64,000 nt of DNA, taken from assembly GCA_003344405.1 (NCBI GenBank), contig NOWV01000014.1, positions 682,001 to 746,000 on the forward strand, given 5' to 3'. The translations under genes were made by a program, and so were the position numbers. The notes beneath the pieces are model-generated. The model saw only the letters and a list, made by a program, of their open reading frames with translations, searched no databases and was not told the origin of the DNA. The stretch is from Trichoplax sp. H2 (lineage: Eukaryota). Positions 29,786 to 42,384 of the stretch are shown one piece after another (position 1 is the first letter of the stretch; every line of letters starts with the position of its first letter).

Positions 29786-31277
29786 TTAACGGAAATCTTC
29801 AGCGCTGAACATGCCCTGTAAGATAGCAGAAAAAAAGCAGTGATTAAAACTTTACAGCTTCTATGTAATTGCAATGACTATCGACAATGTACTTTCAGAA
29901 AATACCTAATCAGTTAGTAATTGAACTATGATGTACAGTAAGTACTGTGTTGATTGGGCACAGGTAAGTGCTGTACGTACTGTAAATATTCATTGAAATT
30001 GTAATGTACACTACTTGGGATATCTTTATTTAAAATTGAAGATAACTGGCGTATAGAAGTAATGGCCAGTGTAACATTGGTCATGATAAATCATTTATAA
30101 TTAGAATTACTGCGTCTTGGATAAATGATTTAAATTACCTTGGCCCTTTTCAAGATAGAGTCTTTCGAAGGATCGTACGGCTGATTTTTAGACGGGATCT
30201 CTAAAACAGCAGGTATCGATTCTCGGTGTTTATCTATTAGGTGACGAATCTCGTCGGCAATCTAAGAAAATGGATAGATATCATCAAACATCGACTCTTA
30301 TTCGACAACATAATTTTCTTGCAGAGTAAAGCGAGAGTAGCAATACCATATTTAGCGATAGAATACGTTTGATGATAACGGTAATAGCATAGACAAAATT
30401 ATTATGCCACCATATGTCAAGTCATGGTATAAGGACATTAAGGGAATAGTTGAATTTAGGACAGGTTGCGCACTTAACAGAGTAGTCATACGATTACAGG
30501 TAGTACGATAACTTTGTAACTATCCAGATAGGTAAATTAATCAAAGTATTTTAGCCATACTGAATAGGAATATATCACCAATTGAAGACACCGAAGCCAA
30601 TGTCATACCAATTTACCGGTACCATATGTAGGAATAAAATTATCAAATTATCTGCTATTACAAGTGAGCGCCTATCGTACTGTATGATATGACGATGCGG
30701 CTACTCTTAGCGCCATTCATGCATGATAACATGAATATAAAGAAATGCTAGCCTTCTTTAGACTACATAGACATCATCCGGTAAAATAATACGGAATGAG
30801 CCATCTTAGGCTCGAGTACTTTCGCCATGTTGAACTAGTTCCATGTCATCAATACTGTGATGATACGAATCATTGTAGCGAGACAGTACTTACATGTTGG
30901 TTGATCATAATGATGGCAATATCATTTCTCCCCAAGAAATGCTTGAAAGCTTCTTCTATTTCACCCAGTGTACTATCTGAAAATGGTAAAGAATAATAAC
31001 ATCCATTCAACTCCCCCCATTCCATCTATATTCGTATCATTTGATCAACTACCTTTTCGAACAACAAAGAAGTTCTTCTGACGTTTGGCATTTACTTCGC
31101 CAACACCGCCCAGTAAAAATCCTGTACATGTGTCCTAAAAGGGTCAAAATAAAGAGTGATCAGATTGCCATGATGCATTCTTCTGCCTTAAACCGTTTTA
31201 ATCCCTACCTCATCACCAACAACTGCTAAAAGTCTTCCTGGTTTTACTGCACGACCGTGAGGAATAGGAGCAGCCAT
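29786..31277 (-). CDS. ATP6V1F: V-type proton ATPase subunit F
   Basis: Exons 31277-31209, 31134-31053, 30976-30894, 30261-30139, 29815-29786 give ..[107 protein letters not shown]. This gene is absent from the ORF track because the exons are short. Confidence 0.97.
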
Positions 31278-31413
31278 GATAGCAAACAGCGATCTATCGT
31301 CAACCAAAGTGGGCTGTCGAATGAGTCTCCAATGGCATCAATCCACCACCAACTTGACTGACTAGCACAATACAGTACTCAGTATAGAGAAAAAGGGGCT
31401 GCCATCCGATGTC

Positions 31414-31425
31414 CATCACGTGATG
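31414..31425. promoter_or_regulatory. Palindromic E-box CATCACGTGATG (CLEAR/MiT-TFE-like)
   Basis: Perfect 12-bp palindrome with a TCACGTGA core, about 140 bp upstream of the ATP6V1F ATG. Confidence 0.55.
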
Positions 31426-31433
31426 CTCTACCT

Positions 31434-31630
31434 ATCCGGTCCAGTCCGGTCCGGTACAGTACGTTTACAGTATTGCCATCTCTTTTTTTGGTAGACGCCG
31501 ATTGTACACGGTACAGTACTGTACCGTACTATACCGTACCGTACTATACCGTACCGTACCATTCCGTACCGTACCGTACTAGAAGTCGCTGAATTCAAGG
31601 GCCTGGGAGAACATACGGTACTACGGTCGC
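31434..31630. repeat. Pentamer array (TA-CNG)n, mainly (CCGTA)n, upstream of ATP6V1F
   Basis: 31509-31578 parses as cgg ta cag ta ctg ta ccg ta cta ta ccg ta ccg ta cta ta ccg ta ccg ta cca tt ccg ta ccg ta ccg ta. Confidence 0.9.
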
Positions 31631-31787
31631 AAAGAGCTTGCAAACCAACCTTCTATTGCAAGTCCAAGACTTCAATACCGTGAATACTCTATAGTTTTGC
31701 AATAAACTCAAGGTATTGTATGCGTAGTCTACTGACACTGTAACCTCAAGGTATCAGTCCTATTACTTACAGTACTACTGTCGTCAT

Positions 31788-32376
31788 GGACTCATGGACC
31801 ACCAGAAGAAGGCCAAGGATGGACTTCTTGTAGTTGGACTTCTTGTAGTCCATCCTTACTCTACTGTCGATGTAGTATAAATAATTATAAATAAATTAAT
31901 TAATCAATCGTTGGAAAGGTTTCAAACCTAACCCCCAAACCCTAGTTGCAATTTCTTTTCACAGCTGAAAATATGGCAAGCCGATAATACACACGGACTG
32001 TTGGATCACAAGAAGAAGCCCGAGGCTGGACTTCTTCTTGTAGTCCATCCTTACTCTACTGTCGATGTAGTATAAATAATTGTAAATTAATGAATCAATC
32101 GTTAGAAAGGTCTCAAACCTAATCCCCAAACCCTAGTTGCAATTTCTTTTCACAGCTGAAAATATGGCAAGCCAATAATACACACGGACTCATGGATCAC
32201 AAGAAGAAGCCCGAGGCTGGACTTCTTCTTGCAGTCCATCCTTACTCTACTGTCGATGTAGTATAAATAATTGTAAATTAATGAATCAATCGTTAGAAAG
32301 GTCTCAAACCTAACTCCCAAACCCTAGTTGCAATTTCTTTTCACAGCTGAAAATATGGTAAGCCAATAATACACAC
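31788..32376. repeat. Tandem minisatellite, 3 copies of a 191-207 bp unit
   Basis: Units start at 31788, 31995 and 32186 (ggact..gga..cac.agaagaag...gtccatccttactctactgtcgatgtag...cacagctgaaaatatgg...aatacacac). Confidence 0.95.
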
Positions 32377-32872
32377 TCTTTATTATATACTGCACAACAG
32401 CAGTGTGCTGTATTGAAATCATGCAAGGTTTCCAACCTAAATTAAATCGTGATCAAGTGGAACGAGGTGGAACTGTAACTACTACCACCATGGATTGTAG
32501 CGCAGTCTTTCGGATAATATTTTCCTTTAATGAACAGCTGCAAATTACAAGTAAATGGACTAATGGCAATAGTAAATAATGCCTTTACCCTGTATCCGAC
32601 TTATAAAAACGGAATAGTAAGGATATACGGTAAATTTCTCAATGAAATCCATTTTGCTTATAGGTCTGCAAAATACCAAGAGTTAATGCAATCTTGTGCC
32701 TACGTGATACCTGCGGCAGCCGTCTCAATGCTATATACAGTAATGGAACTATCCAAAGTAATAAATAATACTCTAACTAATAACCTCCCACCTAAAAAAA
32801 TAGATCAGCTTAAAATAAGCGGCAAAACCCAAGGCAAAAACCTTCAATATTTCAGGTCTCAGCTGTATAGGA

Positions 32873-33057
32873 ATGTTACGGTAAACACCTAAACTCAATA
32901 ATATGGGAATAATCCGTATAGTAAACAGCATTAATCACCAATTTCGATAGCTCCGATATTATTGCAAATAATATCGAAACTATATGAATCGGTGGGAATA
33001 CCCGTTGCTATCCGGATAATTCCCATATTATTGAATTTCTGGTATTAGCCGTAACAT
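32873..33057. repeat. 185-bp imperfect palindrome (long hairpin; MITE/foldback-like)
   Basis: Ends atgttacgg...ccgtaacat. tcaataatatgggaat (32895-32910) pairs perfectly with attcccatattattga (33019-33034). Centre cgatattatt-gca-aataatatcg. Confidence 0.88.
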
Positions 33058-33881
33058 GGATACGGACAAATGGCAAGGTCGACCAATGTGAATTACTTAT
33101 AAACTAGGCAGTGCTGTGAATATATCAGTTATATGAATAGATAGGCTGTCTTCAAATACCGCAATAAGAAAGATTATATCCTACGTACCTTACCTTATAT
33201 TAAATACCGTATACAGTATATTACAGTATTTAAAATGAATATGGCTAATTATTCTGAACTATTCGATTACAAAGTAATTATTATTGGTAAAAGGTTGGTT
33301 TGGTAGCGCTTTGTTGATTGAATTGTAATAATAGTATTGACCATAAGGCAACAACTGGACTACTTTTTAACATCAGTTCCCTACCATGACTAAAATAACT
33401 AAGTAAATACGCTTCTCTCTATTGAAAAGTACAGTATGACATCATTTACAAGGACATTGACCCACCATGAACTTAATGGATGGTTTAGTATACAAGCATG
33501 ACATAGTTGTAATAATTCAGTTGACGACATATGGATCTTCAGTTTAAATTAAACCTATATTTCGCCTGATATTAATCGTGCTATAACAGTAGATATACAT
33601 TATAGCAATCGGGTAGTAAAGGCAGACTTTAATCATTACTTCATCGCTAAGATTTATCTAATCAGATTCTAACTGTACTTAATAGTTAGCAATTTATTGG
33701 CATGATTTACATGATTACTGCAAATCGTTATTCTCCTTCTATTTAATTGATCGGTGAATTAGAAAAATCGTGTATTGAAAGCAAGCGCTCTACGGCAAGT
33801 TGTATATCTGGCATTCAATCTTGCGAATATAGCAGTTCAACGTTTTATCAATTTCATATATCTTCGGCCAACTGATAAGCC

Positions 33882-36800
33882 ATGCTACGATATCAAACTT
33901 TCACTACTCTCATTTTACTATCATACCTGATTTGGGCACAACTATTTTTGGTAGCTGTATGTCAAAGTCCATGCCAAGGTATTACTCGTCTAGAACTTGA
34001 TGATGATAATCCTGCTATCTCTATCAATTCACCAAGTTATCCAGTCAACTACAAGCATCTTGTAAACTGTCAGTGGATAATTCATCAGTCTAATCGTACC
34101 AATCGAATTAAACTAGAATTTGATATGATTCACATTGCTCATAGCAATATATCCTCCAAGAATCATTCCATCGGCTTTATGAACAACAGATGCAAAAGAC
34201 AGTATATACAGGTTGTGGATATTTTTGCTGTACCTCATTTAATAGGTAAATTTTGCGGCAATCAAGTTCCATCACCAATCATTTCGGCAGGCAGTGTATT
34301 ACGAGTTCAGTTTGTGAGCAGAAATAGTCAATCTAAGTTTAAAGCCACTGCGTCAAGCACGGAGTAAGTTTATCTCTTGTTATGCTTCATTTAAATTAAA
34401 CTAGATTGTTTATTGATTATGAGGGTTTCATATATTGTTATACTAAAAGCAGGTGAGAGAGTTGTGATCATTACGATTAAGTTCTGTAGTTTATCTATCA
34501 ACATAGGCTATTAAACAACCAAGGATGTTAATTGTTCCAAATGCTGAAGCAAAGCGTCGGCGATAGAGTAAATCTCACAATAAGAAGCGTAGTCTTCATT
34601 TAACTCTTGTATCAAAAGATACTCAGACTTCCACTGCTTTCGCTATAATACATGTTTTTCACTTAGCAGAAGAATATATATATATTAGATTAGTTATTTT
34701 AATACTAATACTCTGTTATTAGCATATCAAGAATATTACATCTAATATAGAATGTAATAGTGTATTAGTGACGCATCTAATTCCGTAACTTCTATCAGTC
34801 AAGCTATAGACGTTAAAATACTGTATACATTGTACGCTAAAATCTCATTCTATTTTATAGTTTGTGGTAACTTGTGCTCTAGTTGCTATATTGCTATCAT
34901 CACCCTTTGATGTCATTTTATGATTAGCCAGATTTTCGTTTGCTACTTAGAGATATAGCTTAAATAAAATCTTACAAAGTTATTGACACAATTCTGAAAA
35001 TTGACAGGTATTACTAGAATAATTACGATATTAAAATTTTTGCGATTGATATCATCACCAGCATGATGTCACGCATATACAGTATACAATCAGTATAATA
35101 TAACTCAAATTATATCCAGACTCTGATATATTGTAACAGTAATATTAATCTGAATTGCAGCTAAGGGTCAAAGTTAGTCTACATACGCTTATAAAACGGT
35201 CATCTATAGATGTGATTTACCGATACTTTCGTTATACTATTTGTTCGTCAGATAGAAGTGCAACGATTTCAATGGGGCTGTTAGTTTACGTATAAAGTAC
35301 CTGGTAGTTCCTCAATCATATTCGCAAATAGAAAAATGGAACTAAAAATTGTTTTACTTTGCACTGGAATTTAGGGAATACTGTGGAACACATAAAAAAA
35401 TGGCTACAACTTCTGTCGAATTATTGTCCTCCCCTAAATATTCCAATCCTTATCCCTCTAATGCGAGATGTTATTGGAAACTGCAGGTAACGAGCACTTT
35501 ACATCATGTAGGATTACAATTCGCATAGGCATTGTCAACTGAGTGCACTACTGAAGTTAATCTATTAGATATTGTATAAGTAATTACTGCTTACAGTCGG
35601 AACTAATGATTACCTAGTACGTTTCATGAATTTTAGATTTTTCATAAAGTCGAAATTATGGGTGAATATTGATAAAGCTAATCCAATGTTTTTACTAATA
35701 TTACTGCACTAGGCTGCGCCAAATCATGTTATTCTCTTGGATTTCATGGATATTCATTTGCAAGACAGTACTAATTGTGAGAAAGATGGCATAACAATCT
35801 ATAATGGAGGAGGATTGTCTGCACCACTACTAGGCGTAATTTGTGGTGTTAATACCGATAATGTTAAACCATCCATGGTTTCTACATCTAATCAAATGTT
35901 TATTGCCTTTAAGTCAGGTAAGGCGATTAGATAAAGTATGCCACTAAAATTATAAATCAAAGTAGAGTTATAGCAATACCATAGCATCTATAGCTATTGA
36001 TCTCTTTGAATAGGTATCAAGTCATTGAAATGATAACATCATAATCGGATTAAAATTTTATAAAATAATTTTATTTTTGAAAAGTACGTTCAATAGTTAT
36101 CGGCTAGTTTAATGATATTAATTATAATTAGCGATCATCAAAGGAATCATATATTATTATGGCCCAGTATTAAAGTTATGCTATTACTTTCAGTTTAGTC
36201 GTCTCAGTAGAGCTTTAAATCAATAAACTACTTGGATATCAAGTTATAAACAAAGATAACATTTCATACTAAATCAGAGTTTGCACGAGTTAAAGCTTTA
36301 ATTGCTAATAAAACTTGTTGTAGTGGCTAAATTTATAAATAGTCTTTTACTAACAGCCATAGTCTAAGCAGATTTTATGATATATTGTATCAACATAAAT
36401 TTCTTAATTGTCATATAGTTTTTATGATGAGTACAATGTATATACGATAATCCTCGCCATAATAAAATTAAAATAATATTCATTCAATTGAAACAAAGAT
36501 CATCAACTTACGCAACATTTAAGCTTAATAAAATTAAATTATTAAAAGTAATACCACTATAAAGAATTACTATACGTGAACTTTGTCAAATTATTAATTT
36601 AAGAATCGTACCAGTGCTAGCGAGCTACAGTTTTGAGATTATAGCATTTAAAGGGCAATGTTTGATGAAAATTAAAGGCTAATCTTTACATTATCTTAAT
36701 ACTAGACTTGAAGTATTAAATATGATTTAATGATGTTTTAATGCTAAATTATTTAAATTATTTTTTAAGTTTACAATCAATATTCGCCTAATCCGAATTT

Positions 36801-37632
36801 AAAACTTAACTTTTAGATGATACTGAGCCAACTTATAACGGGTTTAGTGCTTACTATGTTGCAAGAAAAGTTGAATATTGTGATAACGTTACCACAATTA
36901 TTAGCGAAGATACGGTACTATCTACGCCAGGATATCCAGATGGCTATTCTGGTAAAAGCAATTGTTATAATCAATGGCTAGTTCAGGTTTGCTCTACAAG
37001 TACAGCAATATATGACGCCTAGAAATGTCATAGGATTACAATTACCTGCTGTTATTACTTAGGCTCCAAAAATAGACGATACTATCAAGATTTCTATGGC
37101 TGACATTGTATTGCCACCTAACATTCCATGTGTAAATTGTTATATGAGAATTTTTGATGGTCCAGACAGTAATTCCAAAATCTTAGCAACAATTTGCTCT
37201 GCAACTTTAGCAGACGAATATACTTCTTCAACCAATGAATTGTATATTGAATTTTACACAGGTTTTCTATAATTTTTATTTAATAAAAGTATGATTGCTA
37301 TGATCTTTATTGCACTACGCGAATTGAAGCTTATTTTGCCATTATTTTTAGCTTTTCCTTGGACAGGCAATAGTGGAATTGCTGCTAATATTTCTATTAT
37401 CGAAATCCCCGAAGTTCAGCATCCTAATGGTAATCATAGCAATCATCATCCAGACGATCATATTCCAAATGGATCTGGCTATAATCCAGCTGGAGCAATT
37501 GCAGTTTTCGTTAGTATCGTTTTAATGACAGTCATCGTATACGTAACAAATAAATATAAAATAAGATGCTCTAGAAATAGGAGACGAAGAGGATCTGATC
37601 ATTTTGCATTAGTGAACGAAATGGATACATAA
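33882..37632 (+). CDS. Type-I membrane protein with a signal peptide, three CUB domains, one TM helix and a short basic tail
   Basis: Exons 33882-34363, 35375-35486, 35713-35917, 36817-36986, 37063-37261, 37352-37632 splice in frame. CUB motifs INSPSYPVNY..NCQWII..GKFCG, LSSPKYSNPYPSNARCYW..GVICG, LSTPGYPDGY..IFDGPD..ATICS. TM AGAIAVFVSIVLMTVIVYV followed by RRRR. Confidence 0.88.
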
Positions 37633-39980
37633 TGGAATAGTCCTATCTACAATCATTTCATCCTCAACGCTCATAATGCGTATAACTGTCAGAGTAACGT
37701 TTACAAATATTTATCGATACATTTAGTTGTACCTCAATTTTTTACTGCATTTCTACTAAATGCCTGATACATTACATTACGTAGTACATGTATTAATCTC
37801 ATTTAAGAAGCTACTATCTACTTAAACCTTCTATTGCAAAAGACACAACAAATATTAGCATGGCAAATTAGTATACGATTGACATTATTTATAGTTAATA
37901 TGTTGCAACATGAAAGATGTCTTAAAATTTACCGGATATTAATTCATTAATAATAAAATTGTAATTCAGTATTTAATGACGATACTGTTACTTTCCTATT
38001 GCACCTAGTTCATGAGTTCTCAAGGAATTAATTTTCTGATAACTTTATAAAAATTAAAATTTGTTGCAATCGATATATGCATATGATATATTACAAAGAA
38101 CTACATTTTCATTAAATTTCAACATAAAAAATGAATAAATATCAATAAAATATGCGATCATCAAATAGCTAATACATTATACTGCATAGTAATGTGATTC
38201 AATTAAAATATAGGAACGATATTTTAATGAAATTTAGTTATTAATTCATATTGGTTCAAGTTTACAACTCCGAAAGGTCGAAGGTTATGAGCAACAACTT
38301 AGCTCACTCTAATCCAAACCAACAGAAGCTAGATTTTAAATTCTTCGGTATTGACGAAATACCCAGCGCAATTATTTTCTTTTTACACTTACAGTATATA
38401 CGACGTTATGCTAGTTCACTGATAATTTTCTAACCCAAGGTTACTGTTGGTTGCCTTCGATTTTATCTGGTTATTCAAACTGCTGCAGTACTGAGTCTGA
38501 TAATAACAATCTAAAAATTAGTTGCTTAATTACTGTACAATTATTTAATAGCTTGGCCTTTTAATTTGTAATAACTACCAGTATAATGTTTACATTAATA
38601 AATTGTTCTCTCCGTAGAGGTTTTTCTAGTTTTCTATTTTGTTCATAGCGATATAGGTGTGCAGAAAATTTTCTCAACCTGCTAATTAATTTTTCAATAC
38701 GGTACTTAAGTTGATTATCAGATGAGAGTGTAGAGCCAGACTAATTTTATAACAGTTTATATAATTTAGCATACTGGAAAAAAAGTCCTAAATGAGTTTT
38801 GGTTTGGACTAGAAATACTTTACATAAACGCTGCAGGTGTAAAGATTCCGACGGTTAATATGATATTCAAATTTCTGTTTTTATCAACAGCGAGTAAATT
38901 AGCTAATATGAGCATTTATCTCACTATCTACGCTTTAATTTATTTAGCTTTAAATTCCAGTTTAATTGAAATATGTTGCAAGAGATACGAATAACCTCTA
39001 CCAATGGACAAGCACAACATAGTATACCATATTGGATCACGAATTTTATATATTAACATGTAATGAAAACATCCGCTCAATGTATTAATCTTGCGGTCTA
39101 GAAATTTTTACAACAAATTAGTATGTTTAGTTATAGCATAATTTCTATATATGTAAAACAATTTGGTAGTGGTGTAAGCGAAAGTCAAATTGTTCTAAAT
39201 ATTTGCAGATAAAGAATATTAAATATACTAATATTAAGTCAATCTGCGTAGCCAGATAACTCTTCAGTTGTATAGTTAAATATATCATGTAGATATTTAG
39301 CGCAAAGTCTTTACCAAGCATCAAAATTAAAGTTATAACATCTCCACGATCAGTTAGCATTCTTCAACAAATCAATAAAATACGTTGATTTGAGCGCATA
39401 TTTTAAGCGTGATTATATATTATGTTTAGCAGAATAAGGAATAGTATTATACAATATGCCTCAAAATTCGTACGATGTTTCATACCCTACCGTGCATGCT
39501 ATATAATAAAAGCACACTTGGACGCCTATGCTATGGCTCTTACATTTGATATAAAATACAACTGTATCGATTCACTCAGCCTCTTAAAAACTGATTAATG
39601 CGCTCGAATTAACTGTCAGCCTTATGGCGCAATGCACATTGAGATCAAAACGTAAGAATAGTAGTATAAAAATACGTACGGTAACGCCTCAAATGTTTGT
39701 TTATAAAATATTCGGAGGTATTTAGAAACGTTAAATTTTACACTATCTTATACCTCATAATAAAGAAAAGACTTTGATGTGATAAGGATCAGTAACATAC
39801 GAGTATGACAATCTTGATGCTTTCTATGTCAGTAGATTCAAAGCATAATGCTGACGTTTAAATCCAATGATTCTTGTACTATTAATAGTTCAAATTATTT
39901 ACAGAACATGGTTTGCGAATTATCAACTAACAAATATTTCATGCTCATTTGAAAAATGTTGGAGTTTCTCCAGGAAAGAT

Positions 39981-41482
39981 TCATTTCTTCGGTGGCAATT
40001 CAAATCCAATATGCCTAGAAACTTTCTCAACAGATTCATTACCTAAGTGGTACCTTTCCACTAATGCCTACAAGTGCCGAATGAATATCAATTAGGTTAA
40101 TTATTGTGCATTATAACAATCTTACGCTAAACTTTACCCTGCTCTGATGAGCTGCATTTGTTGTCAGTTGCTACAGTATGCTATCAACAATAATCTTTGC
40201 TACTTTTACATTTGTGATAGCACTAGATAGTGATATATTGTAACAATAAAAATGTGAAAAGTGTAAAATGTAGTAGATTGAACGTATAGCTGCTGTATTA
40301 ACATAGAATTATTAAAAGCTTAAATTATAAATCTATAGTCATGATTGACTATATTTCGATACATTACAGTTTAGACTCATTTAAGGTCACTAGGATATAT
40401 TAAGTGAACGAGTTTATTGTTCATTCGTTCCTGCACAATTATTTTTAGCGCTGCAGCACTTATCCACATTAAGCTACAAAAATGAATTGCGTCAAGTGCA
40501 GATTGTAATACCATTGCACGTCGTTATTGTAACACATTAATGTACCTGATACTTTTTCGCATGGTGCAATTGGATAATATAAGATTCAGCCAGGTACTGA
40601 AGTAAATCAGATTGTTTGTTAGGAGAAGCATGTAAATTTTTTCGGTAGCAATTAATAATATATCGATAGCTTGCTAAGTCACGGTATGTTGATCCCTAAA
40701 ATTATAGATAGAAAGCAAACCTACTTTATAAATTACTGCACACTCAATATTATAACACCACAAGTTCAAGATGTAATTGTAAAAGGATAGAATAGATTAG
40801 ATAAGATTAAATGAATACGTTGCAAAAGTTTGAGCTGTGTCATGAATATGACGACTGATCGTATTCGTTGATGCGATCTTATATACAGCAACATGTCCCT
40901 AAATCGATACAGACTGTAGCAGCGAGTACATGCACACTAATGCATACTCGATTACATGGTAGGTGTGATAATCATGATTGGCTGCACTGGTTGATGCAGT
41001 CCTTCATAACAAGTCTTTCAATCGGTACAGAAGCAGATTGCTTACAGCTATACCGGTATGCATAGTACTTTACAGGACCAGTACTAGTTAAAGTAAATCA
41101 GTTTGAAATAAGTACTGAATTGCGTCTATTATTCCACGTTAGTTCTAATGGTAATTATTTGCATTGGATGATCTGTGGTCATTGCTCTTTGTGCTGTGCA
41201 ATTACATTTAGTTATAACCGACATTTTATGATTTTTACTATGCTATCTCGTCATTATTTCTTCCATGTTCAACTGTCGCCGGTTAGATATTAGCGAACCT
41301 CACGGTTACGTGATAGTGTAAGGACTGGATACGAATCCTCAACGTCTAGTTCCAAATCTATGGCAAAAGTAGTTTATACTTCTGCTATTCAAGAAGAAAA
41401 TTCTATCGCATTTTACCTTAGCATCGGCTGTCTTCATCGCATGCTGCAACTCTCTAATCAAGCATCTTAGTATGGAAGCCAT
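39981..41482 (-). CDS. FMC1: Protein FMC1 homolog (mitochondrial ATP synthase assembly factor, C7orf55-like), 100 aa
   Basis: Exons 41482-41417, 40695-40546, 40067-39981 give MASILRCLIRELQHAMKTADAK-GSTYRDLASYRYIINCYRKN..YLAESYIIQLHHAKKYQ-ALVERYHLGNESVEKVSRHIGFELPPKK*. This matches the FMC1 pattern (R.LLREL, YRD.A.YRY, SVE..A..VG..LP). Absent from the ORF track. Confidence 0.85.
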
Positions 41483-41841
41483 TTTGGAGATTTCCAACGC
41501 TTTTTAGATGTCAGATGCTCGGGCTCATGGGCTTCTATCGGTGCAGTAAGGACTGTCCGTCCGTACGTTTGGAGTAATGCGCATGCACACGATGCATTGA
41601 TCTATAGTAAAACATGGCTTTAGGTAACAATTATAGCAGACACTCACATTCCACCGCTGTTTTGAGCAGTAATCGTAGGAACAGCTTAAGGTGTTGGTGG
41701 CCTACACCACGCTTGTACAGGTATTACTAACATATTGGTTACAATGGAATGTTTGATACAGTAGTCATCCGTTTTCGAATCCAATACGATAGGAGAAGTG
41801 ATGCTAAAACATCGGGAAGATCACGGTAATCTGCCTTGTAG

Positions 41842-42384
41842 GAACTGCTCCAAAATGTTTCCTATAGTAAACATGCAATTCATGGTCCGATTGATCATTA
41901 ATTAATGAATTAATTATATTATGTAATTATGGTTAATTTAAGATGGTTGCTTGAAACTGTCCCAATGTATTTCCTACAGTAAACATGGAATTCATGGTCC
42001 GAATAATCATTAATTAATTCATTAATGAATTATGGTTAATTTAAGATGGTTGCTAGAAATGGTCCCAATATATTTCCTATAGTAAACATGCAATTCATGG
42101 TCCGATTAATCATTAATTAATTATATTATGTAATTATGGTTAATTTAAGATGGTTGCTAGAAACTGTCCCAATATGTTTCCTATAATAAACATGCAATTC
42201 ATGGTCCGATTAATCATTAATTAATGAATTAATTATATTATGCAAATATGGTTAATTTAAGATGGTTGCCAGAAACTGCCTCAATGTGTTTCCTATACTA
42301 AACATGGAATTCATGGTCCGATTATTGGTTAATCAATTCATTAATTATATTATGTAATTATGATTAATTTAAGATGGTTGCTAG
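41842..42384. repeat. Tandem minisatellite, 5 copies of a 103-112 bp AT-rich unit
   Basis: The anchor aaacatg occurs at 41869, 41981, 42084, 42188 and 42300. Unit: tttcctatagtaaacatgcaattcatggtccgat...ggttaatttaagatggttgc. Confidence 0.95.

Noticed and set aside
32530-32892. 120-aa ORF next to the palindrome
   Set aside because: No recognisable domain or transposase motif, and no splice partners were found.
6938-42384. Tandem arrays as possible CRISPR-like loci
   Set aside because: Whole units are repeated with no unique spacers, no cas genes were seen, and the context is eukaryotic.
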